Shown here in pieces: positions 33,039 to 42,194 of a DNA stretch of 64,000 bases. The notes beneath the pieces were generated by a model. It saw nothing but the letters and a program-made list of their open reading frames with translations. It ran no database searches and was not told the origin of the DNA. Numbering within the stretch: position 1 is the stretch's first letter; every line of letters begins with the position of its first letter. The position numbers and the translations under genes are program-made. Source of the DNA: an uncultured delta proteobacterium (GTDB lineage Bacteria > Myxococcota_A > UBA9160 > UBA4427); the NCBI GenBank assembly GCA_963822965.1, contig CAWGJT010000001.1:128001-192000 (forward strand), given 5' to 3'.

Positions 33039-33917
33039 TCAGCGGGAGAAACCGAACCATCGTCGGCGCGGCTTCGCCGCGTCGCCGGCCCGGCCACCGC
33101 CCGCATCGGCCGGAACCAGCTCCATTTCGCCCGCCACCTCGCAGATCAGCGCCGCGTCGAGCATCGGCTGCTCCCGCGAGTACGCCAGCAGGAGGGCCGA
33201 GTCGCACACGGCGTTGACCAGGCGCGGCGTTCCTCCCGTGACCGCGTACAGCTCTCGCAGCGCACCTCGCTTGAAGAGCCCCCGCCCGGTGTAGCCGGCC
33301 CGGGCGAGCCGCTCGTTCACGTACTGCCCCAGCTCCTTCTCGTCGAAGGGGCGGAGATGATGGCGCAGACCGATGCGCTGGCGCAGCTGGCGCAGCTCCG
33401 GCCGGGCCAGGAGGTCCTTCAGCTCCGGCTGGCCGACCAGCATGATCTGGATGAGCTTCGAGGTGGGGGTTTCCAGGTTCGAGAGCAGGCGGATCTCCTC
33501 GAGCAGCTCCGGAGACAGGTTCTGGGCCTCGTCCACGATCAGCAGGGTGGGCTCGTTCTTCTCCAGGCGCCGGATCAGGAACTTGTTCAGGGCCAGCAGA
33601 TAGTCGGCCTTGGTCCGGCAGGGGGTCTCGATGCCCAGCTCGTCGAAGAGCACGTGGAAGAAGTCCAGGGGCTCCAGGCGGGGGTTGAAGATGAACGCGC
33701 AGGCGGTGGTCGCGTCCAGCCGGCCGAGCAGGGCGTGCAGGAGGGTCGTCTTCCCCGTCCCGACCTCGCCGGTGATCAGCACGAATCCCTTGCCGGACTG
33801 GACGCCGTAGACGAGGGTCGCGAGCCCCTCCCGGTGCGCCTCCCCCAGGAAGAGGAAGGCGGGATCGGGCGTCAGCTCGAAGGGTCGCTTCGCGAATCCG
33901 AAATATTCGCAGTACAT
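33039..33917 (-). CDS. ExeA/GspA-like AAA ATPase (exosortase-locus associated)
   Basis: MYCEYFGFAKRPFELTPDP, ITGEVGTGKTTL, IVDEAQNL, LVGQPEL, QLRQRI, GGTPRLVN. Confidence 0.88.
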   Translation of the reverse strand: MYCEYFGFAKRPFELTPDPAFLFLGEAHREGLATLVYGVQSGKGFVLITGEVGTGKTTLLHALLGRLDATTACAFIFNPRLEPLDFFHVLFDELGIETPCRTKADYLLALNKFLIRRLEKNEPTLLIVDEAQNLSPELLEEIRLLSNLETPTSKLIQIMLVGQPELKDLLARPELRQLRQRIGLRHHLRPFDEKELGQYVNERLARAGYTGRGLFKRGALRELYAVTGGTPRLVNAVCDSALLLAYSREQPMLDAALICEVAGEMELVPADAGGGRAGDAAKPRRRWFGFSR

Positions 33918-33953
33918 CGCTTTCCCGCTCGTCTCTCTCCGTCCGCCCCGGGC

Positions 33954-35606
33954 TCAGGCCCGGTCGCCGAGATCCGTCCCGTGCGCCGCCGCCGGCCCCG
34001 GCGCCTCCGTCGGCGCCTCGACCTCGTCCCCCTGGACGATGGCCGAGAGCCAGCCCGGCAGTCCGTTCACGTACATGTAGGTGACCGCGCCGCCCACCAG
34101 GCAGAAGAACACCACGAAGCCCGCCGCCAGCAGACTCCTCACCATCCGCCGCCGGGTCGCCGCCCGATCGGACTCGAGGACGATCTCCGGGATGGCGGCC
34201 AGCACCGGAATGCTGAGGCTGGTCTGCACGTCGCGGATGACGTGGAACGAGCTGTCGGTGGCCTCGGCCAGCACCGCCCCGCCCACGCCCAGGGCGCCGC
34301 CCACGATCAGGCCCATCACGATGATCAGGAGGCGGTTCGGCGAGCTCGGCGTCGGCGCCGGGAAGGCCGCCTCCAGGATGCGGAACTGCTCGCCCAGCTG
34401 CCGCCGCTCGACGTTCACCTGGGTCTTCGCGTGGAGCTGCCGCTGGGAGAAGAGCTCGATGCTGGTGGCGAGCTGCTCGGCCCGCTGCTGGAGCTGCGAG
34501 AGCTGCTCGGCCACCTTCGGCGTCTCGGCCAGCTTGCGCTCGACCACCTCCACCTGGGCGGCGATCCGCTCGACCTCCTTGGAGGCCATCTCCGCGTCGA
34601 GCGCCGCGCGCTCCCGCTGGGCGTCCGCGTTCTGCTGCGCGACGGTGGGCGCGCGCCCGTCGCTCTCTTCGCCGTCGCTCGCCTCCACCTGCGCACGCAC
34701 CTCTTCGATCTCCTGCTGCACCTGGATGACGTCGGGGTGACGCTCGGTGAAGCCCCGGGCGCGGTACTCGGCGAGCTGCAGCTCGAGGATCTGGAGCCGA
34801 CGCATCGGGCTGGCGTCGTCCCGGGGGTCGCCCAGCGCCGCCGCCGACAGCAGCTGACTGTCCCAGAAGGACTTGTCGCTGCGCGCCATGTCGAGCTTCC
34901 GGTGCGCGTCCCGCAGCTCGGACAGGGTGCGATCGAGGATGCGCTGATTCGACTGCTGGTCCTCGGGCAGCCGCCCCAGGTTCTCGTTCTTCACCTGTCG
35001 GATCCGATCCTGGACCTCCCGGAACTCCGAGTTCAGGCGCTCGAGCTCGCCGTCGATGAATTCGAGGCTCTTCCGGGTCATCCCGACCCGCTCTTCGATG
35101 TGCTCCTTGACGAAGTCGTTGGCCAGGCGCTGCGCCACGTCCGCGGCGACCCGGGGGTTCTTGTGGGTGAACGACACCATGAAGGTGTTGAGCTCCGGCT
35201 CGTCCCGTCGCTTCGAGTTCGCGGCGACGCCCGTATCCACGGGCAGGACGGTGATGCGCGACCGCATGAGGTCGATCACCTCCTCGCGTAGCATCGTCTT
35301 CGACTCTTCCTGGTAGAGACCGAGCTCGTCGATGACCCGGGAGAGACGCGGTCGACTCAGGATCTGCGCGGTCATCAGGCTCAGGCGGTACCCGATGTCG
35401 TAGGGGGCGACGCCCGACTCGACGAGCTGCTGGTTCACGGCCTGGGGCTCGACGAAGATGGTCGCGGAGCTCTTGTAGTAGTTGGGGAGGGCCATTGCGA
35501 TCCAGTACGCGATCAGGAGGGCGCTGCCCACCACCACGACGATCATCATCAGCCGGCGCTGGATGGCTCCGAGGAGGTCGATTTGGAGTCCGGGATCGAG
35601 GTTCAT
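33954..35606 (-). CDS. Polysaccharide co-polymerase / chain-length determinant (Wzz/GumC-like Wzc periplasmic part)
   Basis: Two TM segments flanking coiled coils; LPNYYKSSATI, FTERHPDV, GEQFRILEAAFPAPTPSSPNR, IPVLAAIP. Confidence 0.88.
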   Translation of the reverse strand: MNLDPGLQIDLLGAIQRRLMMIVVVVGSALLIAYWIAMALPNYYKSSATIFVEPQAVNQQLVESGVAPYDIGYRLSLMTAQILSRPRLSRVIDELGLYQEESKTMLREEVIDLMRSRITVLPVDTGVAANSKRRDEPELNTFMVSFTHKNPRVAADVAQRLANDFVKEHIEERVGMTRKSLEFIDGELERLNSEFREVQDRIRQVKNENLGRLPEDQQSNQRILDRTLSELRDAHRKLDMARSDKSFWDSQLLSAAALGDPRDDASPMRRLQILELQLAEYRARGFTERHPDVIQVQQEIEEVRAQVEASDGEESDGRAPTVAQQNADAQRERAALDAEMASKEVERIAAQVEVVERKLAETPKVAEQLSQLQQRAEQLATSIELFSQRQLHAKTQVNVERRQLGEQFRILEAAFPAPTPSSPNRLLIIVMGLIVGGALGVGGAVLAEATDSSFHVIRDVQTSLSIPVLAAIPEIVLESDRAATRRRMVRSLLAAGFVVFFCLVGGAVTYMYVNGLPGWLSAIVQGDEVEAPTEAPGPAAAHGTDLGDRA

Positions 35607-35619
35607 GCTGCTGTCCGTC

Positions 35620-36888
35620 CTAGTAGCGAATCGGGTCGAGCTCGTAGTCGAGACCCACGATGATGCTATACGTGTCGTAGTTGCTCGGAAGCCTGCTCTC
35701 GTTCTTGATGTCCTGCTTCTGCGTCCGGTAGGAGGCGTTGAGGAAGACGGACAGCCGCTCGAGCACCCGGTGGCGCAACGCGCCTGCCGCGATCCAGGTC
35801 GTGGTGTCCGTCGACGACCGGCCTCCGTCGAACTGCCGGACGCCCTGCTGGGTGCGCTGGATCCAACTCCCCCGCACGCCGACGTCCCAGAGGCGCGCGA
35901 ACTGCCAGCTCACCCGGGCCACCAAGGAGTCGTTGACCGTCGAGGACCCGGCGTTTCCGAGGCCCTCGGACCGCGAATAGCGCACCGACGAGGCGACGTG
36001 CTGCCACCGCTTCCCCAACGACCCCTCGGCGAACCAGGTCGTCTGGCTCTGGTGAACCGGCCGGAAGATGCCCTTGCTCGGGTCGCACGAGAAGACCGTC
36101 GTCTCGAGCTGCGCTGGACCGGCCCGCAGCTCCAGCTTCGCGGTGGGGTCGATCTGGTAGCTGCCCGACGCGAAGAACGAGTAGGCCAACGTACGCGACC
36201 CGGGCCCGTGGGAGTTGCAGACAGGCGCCACCTCGCTGGGATCGTCGAAGCTCCGGTAGGAGACCGAGCCTCCTCCCCCCAGGCTCAGGCGCGGGGTGAT
36301 GGCTCGATAGACACCGGCCTGACCGGCCAGGTAGTCGTTGTCGTCCTCGTTCGAGCGCTTGTACCGGTTGATCGAGTACTGGGTGTTGCCCCAGAGGGTG
36401 GTGAGGGGATCCAGCAGGTGTGTGCCGGCCAGCGAAGCGGTGTTCGTGAGGATGCGCCGGTTGCTGTCGTCCACGTTCGCATCGGGGGGCGGATTGTCGG
36501 GGCCGTAGACGATCTGCTCCAGGAGAGAGAAGTCCTCCGCCACGGTGAGACGGGTGCGTGGCGAGAAGACGTAGGTGCCTTCCGCATGGGCGCGCTGGTT
36601 CCAGAGGTTCTTGGCCTGGCCGGCGGTGTTGACGATGTACAACGGCGCATACCGCACCCGGTAGGAGCCGAACTCGAGCTCGTCCTTCGCCTCGCCCCAG
36701 GCCTCGAGGTGGATCACGCCCGAGTCGACCCGCTCCGAGTTCCGCCGGTTGAAGACGTTCGAGTTGTACCCGGTGCTGAGGCCCGCCCCGAGGTCCACCT
36801 CACCCGCCGCCACGAGCCGCGGCGCCAGCATCCCCACCAGGAGGAGCCACACCGCGAGCGCGCTTCTGCATGTCGTCTCCGATCCCAT
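35620..36888 (-). CDS. Outer-membrane beta-barrel protein associated with polysaccharide export
   Basis: Signal peptide; GYNSNV N-terminal motif; alternating amphipathic strands rich in Y/W/G/S; terminal VGLDYEL strand; directly downstream of the OPX gene. Confidence 0.7.
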   Translation of the reverse strand: MGSETTCRSALAVWLLLVGMLAPRLVAAGEVDLGAGLSTGYNSNVFNRRNSERVDSGVIHLEAWGEAKDELEFGSYRVRYAPLYIVNTAGQAKNLWNQRAHAEGTYVFSPRTRLTVAEDFSLLEQIVYGPDNPPPDANVDDSNRRILTNTASLAGTHLLDPLTTLWGNTQYSINRYKRSNEDDNDYLAGQAGVYRAITPRLSLGGGGSVSYRSFDDPSEVAPVCNSHGPGSRTLAYSFFASGSYQIDPTAKLELRAGPAQLETTVFSCDPSKGIFRPVHQSQTTWFAEGSLGKRWQHVASSVRYSRSEGLGNAGSSTVNDSLVARVSWQFARLWDVGVRGSWIQRTQQGVRQFDGGRSSTDTTTWIAAGALRHRVLERLSVFLNASYRTQKQDIKNESRLPSNYDTYSIIVGLDYELDPIRY

Positions 36889-36898
36889 GCGCGTCCGA

Positions 36899-37501
36899 TC
36901 AGTCCGGTACCACGATCGTGTCGCCGGCGCGGAGCACGATGTTGGACTCGGGCGCCTTGCCGGCCAGATAGGCGCCATAGTCGAAGCGATACTCCACGAG
37001 ACCCTGCGGCGTCGGTCGCAGGATCTTCACGTCGTCCTTCTTCGCCCAGACCGAGAAGCCGCCGGCGCGGGCAATGGCCTGCAACACCCGGGTCTCCCGC
37101 TGGAGCGGGATCTCGCCGTTGCGCGCGACCGCGCCCATGATCGAGACGGTGTTGCTGTTCATGCCCTGCACGATCACGGTCACGTCCGGGTTCGCGATGT
37201 ACTCCGAGAGCGCCTCGGTGAGGACCTCCTTCAGCTCCTGGGCGGTCAGGCCCTCGGCCTGGACGTCGTCGAGCAGGGGCACCGAGATCATTCCGTCGCT
37301 TCGCACCACGACCTGGCTGGTGAGCTCCGGGTTCTTCCACACGGTGATCATCAGCTGGTCGGTCACGCCGATCACGTAGGGCTCCCGCTCGCCGACGCTG
37401 GGCGGCGGCTCGGGCAGGGGCGGCGGCTCGACGCACGCCGTCCCGGCGAGCAGTGCGAAGACGATCCCCAGCTGCAAGAGCGCTCGTCCTCCCCTCTTCA
37501 T
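36899..37501 (-). CDS. Short OPX/Wza-family polysaccharide export lipoprotein
   Basis: Lipobox LAGTAC; PES motif YVIGVTDQLMITVW...VRSDGMISVPLLDDVQAEGLT; one SLBB domain; ends LRAGDTIVVPD with no Wza_C helix. Confidence 0.9.
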   Translation of the reverse strand: MKRGGRALLQLGIVFALLAGTACVEPPPLPEPPPSVGEREPYVIGVTDQLMITVWKNPELTSQVVVRSDGMISVPLLDDVQAEGLTAQELKEVLTEALSEYIANPDVTVIVQGMNSNTVSIMGAVARNGEIPLQRETRVLQAIARAGGFSVWAKKDDVKILRPTPQGLVEYRFDYGAYLAGKAPESNIVLRAGDTIVVPD

Positions 37502-37526
37502 CGTGGCTTCCTCCCTTGCGACATGC

Positions 37527-38945
37527 CTAGCGCCCCTCACTGAGCCCGTTCTCCTTCATCTTGTAGAGGAGCGCCTTGTAGGAGATCTGGAGGCGCTCGG
37601 CAGCCTCCTTCCGGTTCCAGCGCGTCTGGTGGAGCACGCGCTCGATCACACGCTTCTCGGCGATCTGCGCCGCCCGCTTCGAGATCGCCTTGAGGTCGAG
37701 GCTCTGCCCGGTGGAGAAATCGGCTCCCAGGGCGGCGAGATCCAGGCCGTCGCCGTCCGATTCCTCCTCGATGGATGCCTCCCGCATCGCGATCTCCTGC
37801 AGGACGGCGGACTCGTTGCCGAGCACGACCATGCGCTTCACCATGTTCTCCAGCTCTCGGACGTTGCCCGGCCAGTGGTAGTTCATCATCACTTCCAGGG
37901 TCTTGTCGGACAGCTGGGGCTGATTCTTGCGGTACTGCTCGTTGTACTTCCGCAGGAAGTTGTCGACGAGCAGCGGAATCGTGTCCGTCCGGTCGCGCAG
38001 GGGCGGAATGTGGATGGTCATGACGTTCAGCCGGTAGTAGAGGTCTTCGCGGAACGCCCCCTCGCGCACCGCCTGCTCGAGATTCCGGTTGGTCGCCGCG
38101 ATGATCCGTGTGTCGACCTTGACGTCGCTCTCGCCGCCGAGCCGGGAGAACTCGCCGTCCTGCAGCACCTGCAGGAGCTTCGCCTGCAGCCCCGGGTGCA
38201 TCTCGCTGATCTCGTCGAGAAAGATGGTGCCGTGGTTCGCGTACTCGAACTTGCCGAGCTTGCGCTTCTGGGCCCCGGTGAAGGCCCCCTTCTCGAAACC
38301 GAACAGCTCGCTCTCGAGCAGCTCCGAGGGCAGCGCCGCACAGTTCACCTTCACGAACGGCCGGCCGCTACGGCCGGAAATCTGATACAGACCGCGCGCG
38401 ACGATCTCCTTACCGGTGCCGCTCTCCCCACGGACGAGGACGGTGATGTCGGTGTCCGCGACCTGCTCGATGATCTCGCGGACCTCCTGCATCTTCGGGT
38501 TGTCGCCCAGGAGGCCCAGGGTGTCGGTCTCCGTCCGCACGCGGCCGCGGAGGTTCTCGACCTCTTCCTTGAGGGCGTGGGTCTCCAGCGCCTTCTGGAA
38601 GGCCAGCTCGAGCTCTTCCACCTCGAAGGGCTTGCGCAGGAAGTCCGACGCGCCGAGGCGCATGGCCTCCACGATCGTTCGCGCCTGGCCGTGGCCGGAG
38701 AGCATGATCACCGGGATGTCGGGGATGAGCTTCTTCATCTGGCGCAGGGTCTCGAGACCGTCCATCCCCGGAAGCACCGCATCGAGGGTCACGATGTCGG
38801 GACGCGAGTCCGAGAGGCTCGCGATCGCCTCCTCGCCGTCGGCCGCGGCACTCACGTGATACCCCTGCCGCTCGCCGAGCGCGGTGAGGTACTCGCGGAT
38901 ACCGGGGTCGTCGTCGATCACCAGGACTCGGAATCGTTCGGCCAT
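37527..38945 (-). CDS. Sigma54-dependent NtrC-family response regulator
   Basis: REC VLVIDDD/TLDAVLPGMDG; GESGTGKE, FGFEKGAFTGA, WPGNVRELEN; Fis HTH. Confidence 0.93.
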   Translation of the reverse strand: MAERFRVLVIDDDPGIREYLTALGERQGYHVSAAADGEEAIASLSDSRPDIVTLDAVLPGMDGLETLRQMKKLIPDIPVIMLSGHGQARTIVEAMRLGASDFLRKPFEVEELELAFQKALETHALKEEVENLRGRVRTETDTLGLLGDNPKMQEVREIIEQVADTDITVLVRGESGTGKEIVARGLYQISGRSGRPFVKVNCAALPSELLESELFGFEKGAFTGAQKRKLGKFEYANHGTIFLDEISEMHPGLQAKLLQVLQDGEFSRLGGESDVKVDTRIIAATNRNLEQAVREGAFREDLYYRLNVMTIHIPPLRDRTDTIPLLVDNFLRKYNEQYRKNQPQLSDKTLEVMMNYHWPGNVRELENMVKRMVVLGNESAVLQEIAMREASIEEESDGDGLDLAALGADFSTGQSLDLKAISKRAAQIAEKRVIERVLHQTRWNRKEAAERLQISYKALLYKMKENGLSEGR

Positions 38946-39130
38946 GAATTTCCCCACCCCTCCCCGCCCGCAAGCGGGGGGCCTCGGCACTCACGCTCCG
39001 CGCGCGAGCTCGGATCCCACCGCGATGCGCGGCCCCGCCGCGACACCCCCCCCCGCATTGCGCGAGGGGCCGCTCGTGGCGCCGCACGAAGGATTGCCCG
39101 GTCGAACGCCGTTGCGCGGGTCCGCTCGAG

Positions 39131-39240
39131 AGTGTTCACTCAATGTGTAATAAACTTCCTCAATTGAGAAGAACAATCCCAGTATGGGAAAGTATGTTCC
39201 CTCTTCGACCGACGGCGTGGCAAGCTATTCCTCTTTTTTT
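39131..39240. promoter_or_regulatory. AT-rich divergent regulatory region with palindrome and phased repeats
   Basis: Conspicuous AT-rich stretch in a GC-rich window; CTCAATTGAG palindrome 39159-39168; CTCAAT at 39139 and 39159; AGTATG at 39181 and 39191; lies between divergent operons. Confidence 0.55.
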
Positions 39241-39460
39241 CTCGGGCCGGCGGGACGATCCCTCAACGGATGCCGGATGAATCCCCGAAGGGGCGACACA
39301 TTGGGGCATGAGGCGGCCACCAACGAGTCGAGTGGTGGACCGGGTTACCCCGGGGGACGTCGATCCCCGGCCGGGACACTCCCCTAGAATCGCGAATCGC
39401 CCGACGATCGCGGAGAGCCGGACGCGGCGGCGCGCGGCTCCGAAACGGAGAAGCACACGA

Positions 39461-40576
39461 GTGGAACGGTCGAAGATCCACATCCTCGCGGTCGTCGGCG
39501 CGCGGCCGAACTTCATGAAGATCGCGCCGCTGCTCCGGGAGCTGCGCGGGCGGGAGCGATTCGACACCACCCTGGTGCACACGGGCCAGCACTACGACGC
39601 CGCCATGTCGGCGGACTTCTTTCGCGACCTCGGGATCCCCGAGCCCGACGTGAACCTCGCGGTGGGCTCGGGCTCCCATGCCGAGCAGACTGCCCAGGTG
39701 ATGGTCGGAATCGAGAAGCTCCTGATCGACCGGCGACCGGACGCGGTCCTCCTCGTCGGGGACGTGAACTCGACGGTGGCGGCGAGCCTCGCCGCCGCGA
39801 AGCTGCTCGTTCCGGTGGCCCACGTGGAGGCGGGGCTGCGATCCGGGGACCGGACGATGCCCGAAGAGATCAACCGCCTCGTCACCGACGCGCTCTCCAC
39901 CTGGTGCTTCACCACGGAGCCCGCAGGCGACGAGAACCTGCGGCGCGAGGGCGTGGACGCCTCGAAGATCCACCACGTCGGCAACGTGATGATCGACAGC
40001 CTGCGTGCCAACGAGGCGCGCGCACGCGACCTCGACACCCTCGAGCGCCTCGGCCTCGAGCCCCGGGGCTATGCGCTGCTCACCCTGCACCGTCCGAGCA
40101 ACGTCGACGACCCGCGCAAGCTGCGCGCCCTCTTCGAGGTGCTCGAGGAGATCCACCGCGAGCTGCCGGTGGTCTTCCCCGTGCATCCGAGGACGAGCGC
40201 GGCCATCGAGCGGCTGCTGGGCGGTCACGCGCCGGTGCTGCGCCTGCTGGCACCCCAGGGCTATCTCGACTTCCTGCGCCTGATGTCCGAGGCGCGGCTG
40301 GTGCTGACCGACTCGGGCGGCATCCAGGAGGAGACCACGGCCCTCGGTGTGCCGTGCCTCACCCTGCGCGACAACACGGAGCGTCCGATCACGGTGACGG
40401 AGGGAACCAACCTCCTGGTCGGCTCGGACGCCGAAGCGGTGCGCCGGGCCGCCCGGAGGATCCTCGACGGCGAGGCCTGCAAGGGCCGCGTGCCGGAGCT
40501 CTGGGACGGACATGCGGCGGTCCGCATCGCCGACGTCCTCGAGCGGGACCTGGGTGGCGGAGCGAGCGCGGGATGA
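39461..40576 (+). CDS. wecB: UDP-N-acetylglucosamine 2-epimerase (non-hydrolysing)
   Basis: VVGARPNFMK, HTGQHYD, HVEAGLRSGDRTMPEEINR, TLHRPSNVD, TDSGGIQEE, TERP. Confidence 0.93.
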   Translation: MERSKIHILAVVGARPNFMKIAPLLRELRGRERFDTTLVHTGQHYDAAMSADFFRDLGIPEPDVNLAVGSGSHAEQTAQVMVGIEKLLIDRRPDAVLLVGDVNSTVAASLAAAKLLVPVAHVEAGLRSGDRTMPEEINRLVTDALSTWCFTTEPAGDENLRREGVDASKIHHVGNVMIDSLRANEARARDLDTLERLGLEPRGYALLTLHRPSNVDDPRKLRALFEVLEEIHRELPVVFPVHPRTSAAIERLLGGHAPVLRLLAPQGYLDFLRLMSEARLVLTDSGGIQEETTALGVPCLTLRDNTERPITVTEGTNLLVGSDAEAVRRAARRILDGEACKGRVPELWDGHAAVRIADVLERDLGGGASAG

Positions 40577-41490
40577 GCACCAGGGCGACGCCTGCCGCCC
40601 CGACGACGCTCGACGCCGGGCGAGGGCTCTCCCGGCACGCGCGCATCCGGATCGGCTTCGCGCTGATCGCCCTGCTCGTCCTCGTCTACGCCCCGATCCT
40701 GTATCGCATGGTGCTGCACTGGAAGATCGTGCCGGACTATTCGCACGGGTTCCTGGTGGCTCCCCTCGCTGTCTACTTCGCCTGGGAGCACAAGCGCGAG
40801 CTGGCCCGGGCGCGGATCGAGGGCAGCTGGTGGGGAGTGCTGCCGCTCTCGCTGGGCGTCACCTCCCTGGCGATCGGACGCCTCGGCGTGGAGCTCACCG
40901 CCATGCGATCGGGCTTCGTGCTGAGCCTGGTCGGCCTGGTCCTGCTGCTCTTCGGGCGGGAGGTGTTCCGCATCCTCTCCTTCCCGTTGTTCTTCCTCTT
41001 CCTGATGGTGCCGCTCCCCCAGTCCCTGGTGAACGTGGTGGCCTTCCCGCTGCAGCTCGTCGCGGCGCGCGCCGCCGTGGGAGCCCTCCACGTCCTGCAG
41101 GTGCCCGCGCTCGTCGAGGGCAACATCATCCACCTGGCCCACGCGAGGCTCTTCGTCGAGGAGGCCTGCAGTGGGCTGCGGTCGCTGATGGCCCTCCTCA
41201 CCCTGGGCGTCGTGCTCGCGCACTTCTTCCGGCGCAACAACCTGGACCGCTTGATCCTCGTCGCGTCGACGCTCCCCATCGCGATCGCCGTCAACGCGGT
41301 GCGCGTGGCGCTCACGGGCATCCTCACCCACCGCTACGGCGAGGCGGCCGCCTCCGGGTTCATCCACGACTTCCAGGGCCTCATCACGTTCGCGCTGGCC
41401 TTCCTGGTGCTGCTGGGCGAGGCGAGCGCCCTCGGCTGGCTTCGCGGCGACGACGGCAGCCCTCGCCTGGCGCCCCGGAGCGTCACATGA
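40573..41490 (+). CDS. Exosortase (EpsH/XrtA family)
   Basis: DYSHGFLV, FLFLMVPLP, catalytic Cys in VEEACSGLRS, NAVR, FIHDFQG; multi-TM. Confidence 0.92.
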   Translation: MSTRATPAAPTTLDAGRGLSRHARIRIGFALIALLVLVYAPILYRMVLHWKIVPDYSHGFLVAPLAVYFAWEHKRELARARIEGSWWGVLPLSLGVTSLAIGRLGVELTAMRSGFVLSLVGLVLLLFGREVFRILSFPLFFLFLMVPLPQSLVNVVAFPLQLVAARAAVGALHVLQVPALVEGNIIHLAHARLFVEEACSGLRSLMALLTLGVVLAHFFRRNNLDRLILVASTLPIAIAVNAVRVALTGILTHRYGEAAASGFIHDFQGLITFALAFLVLLGEASALGWLRGDDGSPRLAPRSVT

Positions 41491-42194
41491 CCCGGATCGC
41501 GGTCGCTCTCGCCTTCCTCGGCCTGAACTTCTACGTCTACCGGTTCCTGGCGAACGACGAGGTGATCCCGGCCCGCCAGCGCTTCGCCGACTTCCCCCTC
41601 GAGATCGGCGCCTGGCACTGCCCCGGACGCGACGAGATGGACCCGAAGTCGCTCCGCATCCTGGGGGCCACGGACTACCTGCTGTGCAGCTACTTCGAGG
41701 GCGAGGGCCCGGAGAGGGCCGAGGCCTTCGAGCCCGAGCCCGAGGCCGTCTCCGTCTACGTCGGCTACCACGAGTCCCAGGTCCGCCAGGCCGACGGCGG
41801 CGGCGAGACGGTGATCCACCCGCCCGAGCACTGCCTGCCGGGCGCCGGATGGGGGATCATCGACTCGAGCCGCCGGCCCATCGGCTTCGAGGGACTGCCG
41901 GAAGCCCACGGTCTGCGCGACGACGGCCCCCGGGCCAAGCGCTTCGTGATCGCCAAGGGCGATGAGCGGCAGCTGGTGTACTTCTGGTACCAGGGCCAGG
42001 GGCGGGTCGTCACGGCGAACGAGGACGTCATCCTCTTCCGCTTCTGGGACCGGGCCACCGCGGGCCGCACGGACGGCGCGCTGGTGCGCTTCACCACCCC
42101 GATCTACCGGGACGACCTCGAGGGCGCCGAGGGGCGGATCGCCCGCCTGGCGTCGGTGCTCGTTCCCCTGCTTCCGCCCTACGTGCCCGAATGA
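41487..42194 (+). CDS. EpsI family exosortase-associated protein
   Basis: FPLEIGAW, YVGYHESQ, IHPPEHCLPGAGW, LVYFWYQ, RTDGALVR. Confidence 0.88.
   Translation: MTRIAVALAFLGLNFYVYRFLANDEVIPARQRFADFPLEIGAWHCPGRDEMDPKSLRILGATDYLLCSYFEGEGPERAEAFEPEPEAVSVYVGYHESQVRQADGGGETVIHPPEHCLPGAGWGIIDSSRRPIGFEGLPEAHGLRDDGPRAKRFVIAKGDERQLVYFWYQGQGRVVTANEDVILFRFWDRATAGRTDGALVRFTTPIYRDDLEGAEGRIARLASVLVPLLPPYVPE

Noticed and set aside
42170..42194. C-terminal VPE of EpsI as a PEP-CTERM sorting signal
   Set aside because: No following transmembrane helix or basic tail; the protein simply ends
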